From positions 259,660 through 323,659 of the forward strand of contig CAVTHK010000003.1 of the NCBI GenBank assembly GCA_963734495.1: a DNA stretch of 64,000 bases. Direction: 5' to 3'. Below the pieces are notes generated by a model. It was not told the DNA's origin. It was given only the letters and a program-made list of their open reading frames with translations, and ran no database searches. Source of the stretch: an uncultured Spirochaetota bacterium. Lineage in GTDB: Bacteria; Spirochaetota; Spirochaetia; SZUA-6; CAVTHK01. Positions 62,237-64,000 of the stretch are shown piece after piece. The first letter of the stretch is position 1. Every line of letters starts with the position of its first letter. The translations under genes were made by a program, and so were the position numbers.

Positions 62237-63387
62237 GCGGCGGCGGCGGCGGCGGCGTAGCGACGGGCGCGATGCGCGCGCCCGGCCGCGTCAACCTGAT
62301 CGGCGAGCATGTCGACTACAACGGCTTCGCGGTGCTGCCGATGGCGATCGATCGCGCGGTCTCGGCGGCGTGGCGGCCGCGGAGCGACGGCCGCGTCGTG
62401 CTGCGGAGCGCCGGGGAGTACCCCGCGCGCGAGTTCGCGCTCGAGCCGCGCATCCCTCCGGGTCCGCCTGGAGATTGGGGAAACTACGTGAAGGCTGCCG
62501 CGCAGGGGCTCATCGACGCCGGCTTTGCGCTGCGAGGTGCGGAGATGCTGATCTCCTCCACGCTGCCGCCGTCGGCGGGGCTCTCCTCGTCGTCCGCCCT
62601 CGTGGTGCTCGCCGCGCTCGTGCTCCTCGAGGCGGCGGGCCTCGCGATGCCGAAGCCCGCGCTGGCGGCGCTGCTCGCGGAAGCCGAGAAGTACGTCGGC
62701 ACGCGGGGCGGGGGCATGGACCAGGCGGCGAGCCTCCTCGGCCGCGCGGGTCACGCGCTGCGCATCGACTTCCGCCCGCTGCGCGTCGCGCCGCTGCCGT
62801 TCTTTGCCGACTGCGTCGTCGTCGTGTCCAACAGCCTGGTGCGCGCCTCCAAGGCCGAGGCCGCGGGCTACAACTCGCGCGCGGCCGAGTGCCGGCAGGC
62901 CGCGGCTGCCGCGGCGCGGGCCCTCGGGCGCCCCGCGGACCCGCCGCCGCTGCTCGCGGACCTGCTCGCTCACGCGACGCGCGAGGAGATCCTCGCCGCC
63001 GTGCCGCCCGGGCTGCTGCGCCGGGCCCGCCACGTGCTCACCGAGTCGGCGCGCGTGGACGCCGCGTGCGCCGCGCTCGCCGCGGGCGATGCGGCCGCTT
63101 TCGGCAGGCTCATGGACGAGTCGCACGCGAGCTGCCGGGACGACTTCGACTTCAGCTGCCCCGCCCTCGAGCGGCTGGTCGCGCTCGGGCGCCGGGCCGG
63201 CGCGCTCGGCTCCCGCCTCACCGGCGCGGGCTTCGGCGGCTGCGCGGTGCACCTGGTGTCGCGGGAGCGCGCGCCGGCGCTGCTGGCCGCGCTCGCCGAA
63301 GGCTTCTACCGCGGCTTCGAGCCGGGCGCCCTCGGCGACGCGCTGTTCGTGGCCGAGCCCGCCGCAGGCGCGGGGCCGGCGGCCTGA
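62233..63387 (+). CDS. galK: galactokinase (GHMP kinase family)
   Basis: The ATG overlaps the epimerase stop (ATGA). APGRVNLIGEHVDYNGFAVLPMAI, PPSAGLSSSSAL, GAGFGGC. Confidence 0.8.
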   Translation: MSGGGGGGVATGAMRAPGRVNLIGEHVDYNGFAVLPMAIDRAVSAAWRPRSDGRVVLRSAGEYPAREFALEPRIPPGPPGDWGNYVKAAAQGLIDAGFALRGAEMLISSTLPPSAGLSSSSALVVLAALVLLEAAGLAMPKPALAALLAEAEKYVGTRGGGMDQAASLLGRAGHALRIDFRPLRVAPLPFFADCVVVVSNSLVRASKAEAAGYNSRAAECRQAAAAAARALGRPADPPPLLADLLAHATREEILAAVPPGLLRRARHVLTESARVDAACAALAAGDAAAFGRLMDESHASCRDDFDFSCPALERLVALGRRAGALGSRLTGAGFGGCAVHLVSRERAPALLAALAEGFYRGFEPGALGDALFVAEPAAGAGPAA

Positions 63388-63411
63388 GCCGCACGCCGCG
63401 GCCCGGCTCCT

Positions 63412-64000
63412 TCAGCGGCCCCAGCGGTCCGGCAGCTCGTGCAACGGAACCGCGTGCCCGTCGCGGGCGAGCGGGAAGGAGTGCGGCGCCCGGCAGATGA
63501 CGGAGAGGCGGTCCACGCTTCCCCGCGGCAGCTCCGCGGCGACCCGTCGCAGGGCGGCGAGATCGTCGCCCGACGGCAGCTCGGTCCACTTCGCGTCGGC
63601 CAGCTCGAACCGGCCCGCGCGGTGCCACAGGAAGTCAGCCTCGCGCGAGCGGTCGCGCCAGAAGTGCAGGTCCCATCCCCCGGTGGCGTTCGCCTGCAGC
63701 CGCCGGATCTCGCCGAAGGCGAGCGTCTCCCACAGCGGCCCCGCGAGCGGTGACGCGGCGAGATCCCGCGTCTCGCGGATGCCCACGAGGAACGAGCAGA
63801 GACCCGAGTCGCGCATGTACAGCTTCGGGGTCTTCACGAGCGATTTCGTGCGGTTGCTGAACCACGGCTCGAGCAGCACCGCCTGTGCGGAGGCTTCGAG
63901 CACGCCGAGCCACGCGCCCGCGGTCGATCCCGCGATCCCCACGTCACGGGCGAGGTCGGTGCGGTTCAGCAGCTGCGCTGAGCGCAGCGCGCAGGCACGC
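63412..64000 (-). CDS. ATPase with C-terminal DUF4143 domain, partial (N-terminus beyond window)
   Basis: KLYMRDSGL, EADFLW..., typical of the AAA plus DUF4143 family. The open frame continues to the window edge. Confidence 0.6.
   Translation of the reverse strand, partial: RACALRSAQLLNRTDLARDVGIAGSTAGAWLGVLEASAQAVLLEPWFSNRTKSLVKTPKLYMRDSGLCSFLVGIRETRDLAASPLAGPLWETLAFGEIRRLQANATGGWDLHFWRDRSREADFLWHRAGRFELADAKWTELPSGDDLAALRRVAAELPRGSVDRLSVICRAPHSFPLARDGHAVPLHELPDRWGR

Overview
High-GC (roughly 70%) bacterial chromosomal window with about 58 protein-coding genes. I saw no rRNA, tRNA, CRISPR array, transposase or integrase. All calls come from reading the supplied translations and the DNA by eye; no homology search was run, so family names rest on recognised motifs.

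Gene content:
- Left third: threonine, arginine and biotin-linked carbon metabolism. This includes hom plus an ApgM-like gene, argF, a methylmalonyl-CoA:pyruvate transcarboxylase-like cluster with embedded birA, a PEGA protein plus a processive GT2 synthase pair, dinB, murE, an orphan Dam-like methyltransferase, uvrC, and dtxR-feoAB.
- Centre (31.3-46.6 kb): a hydrogen-metabolism island.
  - A HydABC-type [FeFe]-hydrogenase-like operon. Its NuoF-like subunit is fused to a GltD/NfnB-like NADPH module, and its HydA-like subunit has a variant L1 motif.
  - A divergent NAD-linked [NiFe] Hox operon (hoxFUYHW) ending in a lone receiver domain.
  - A convergent pair encoding a sensory [FeFe]-hydrogenase-like domain fused directly to a histidine kinase, followed by a REC-PAS-kinase hybrid.
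- Right third: a DAHP synthase-prephenate dehydratase fusion, a GGDEF protein, purQ and purL, an EIIA-like protein, and a small sugar cluster (mannitol-dehydrogenase-like, epimerase, galK).

Caveat: the sequence carries on the order of 70 reading-frame breaks, concentrated in patches (about 230-3290, 33930-34400, 38165-47900, 54300-54740, 59385-61570). In contrast, roughly 4.3-26 kb is clean apart from one suspected break at the 3-prime end of dinB (about 18.5 kb). Most junctions I could resolve are +1, meaning one extra base, and several sit in G or C runs. Coordinates of broken genes are reconstructed across frames and are approximate at the breaks.
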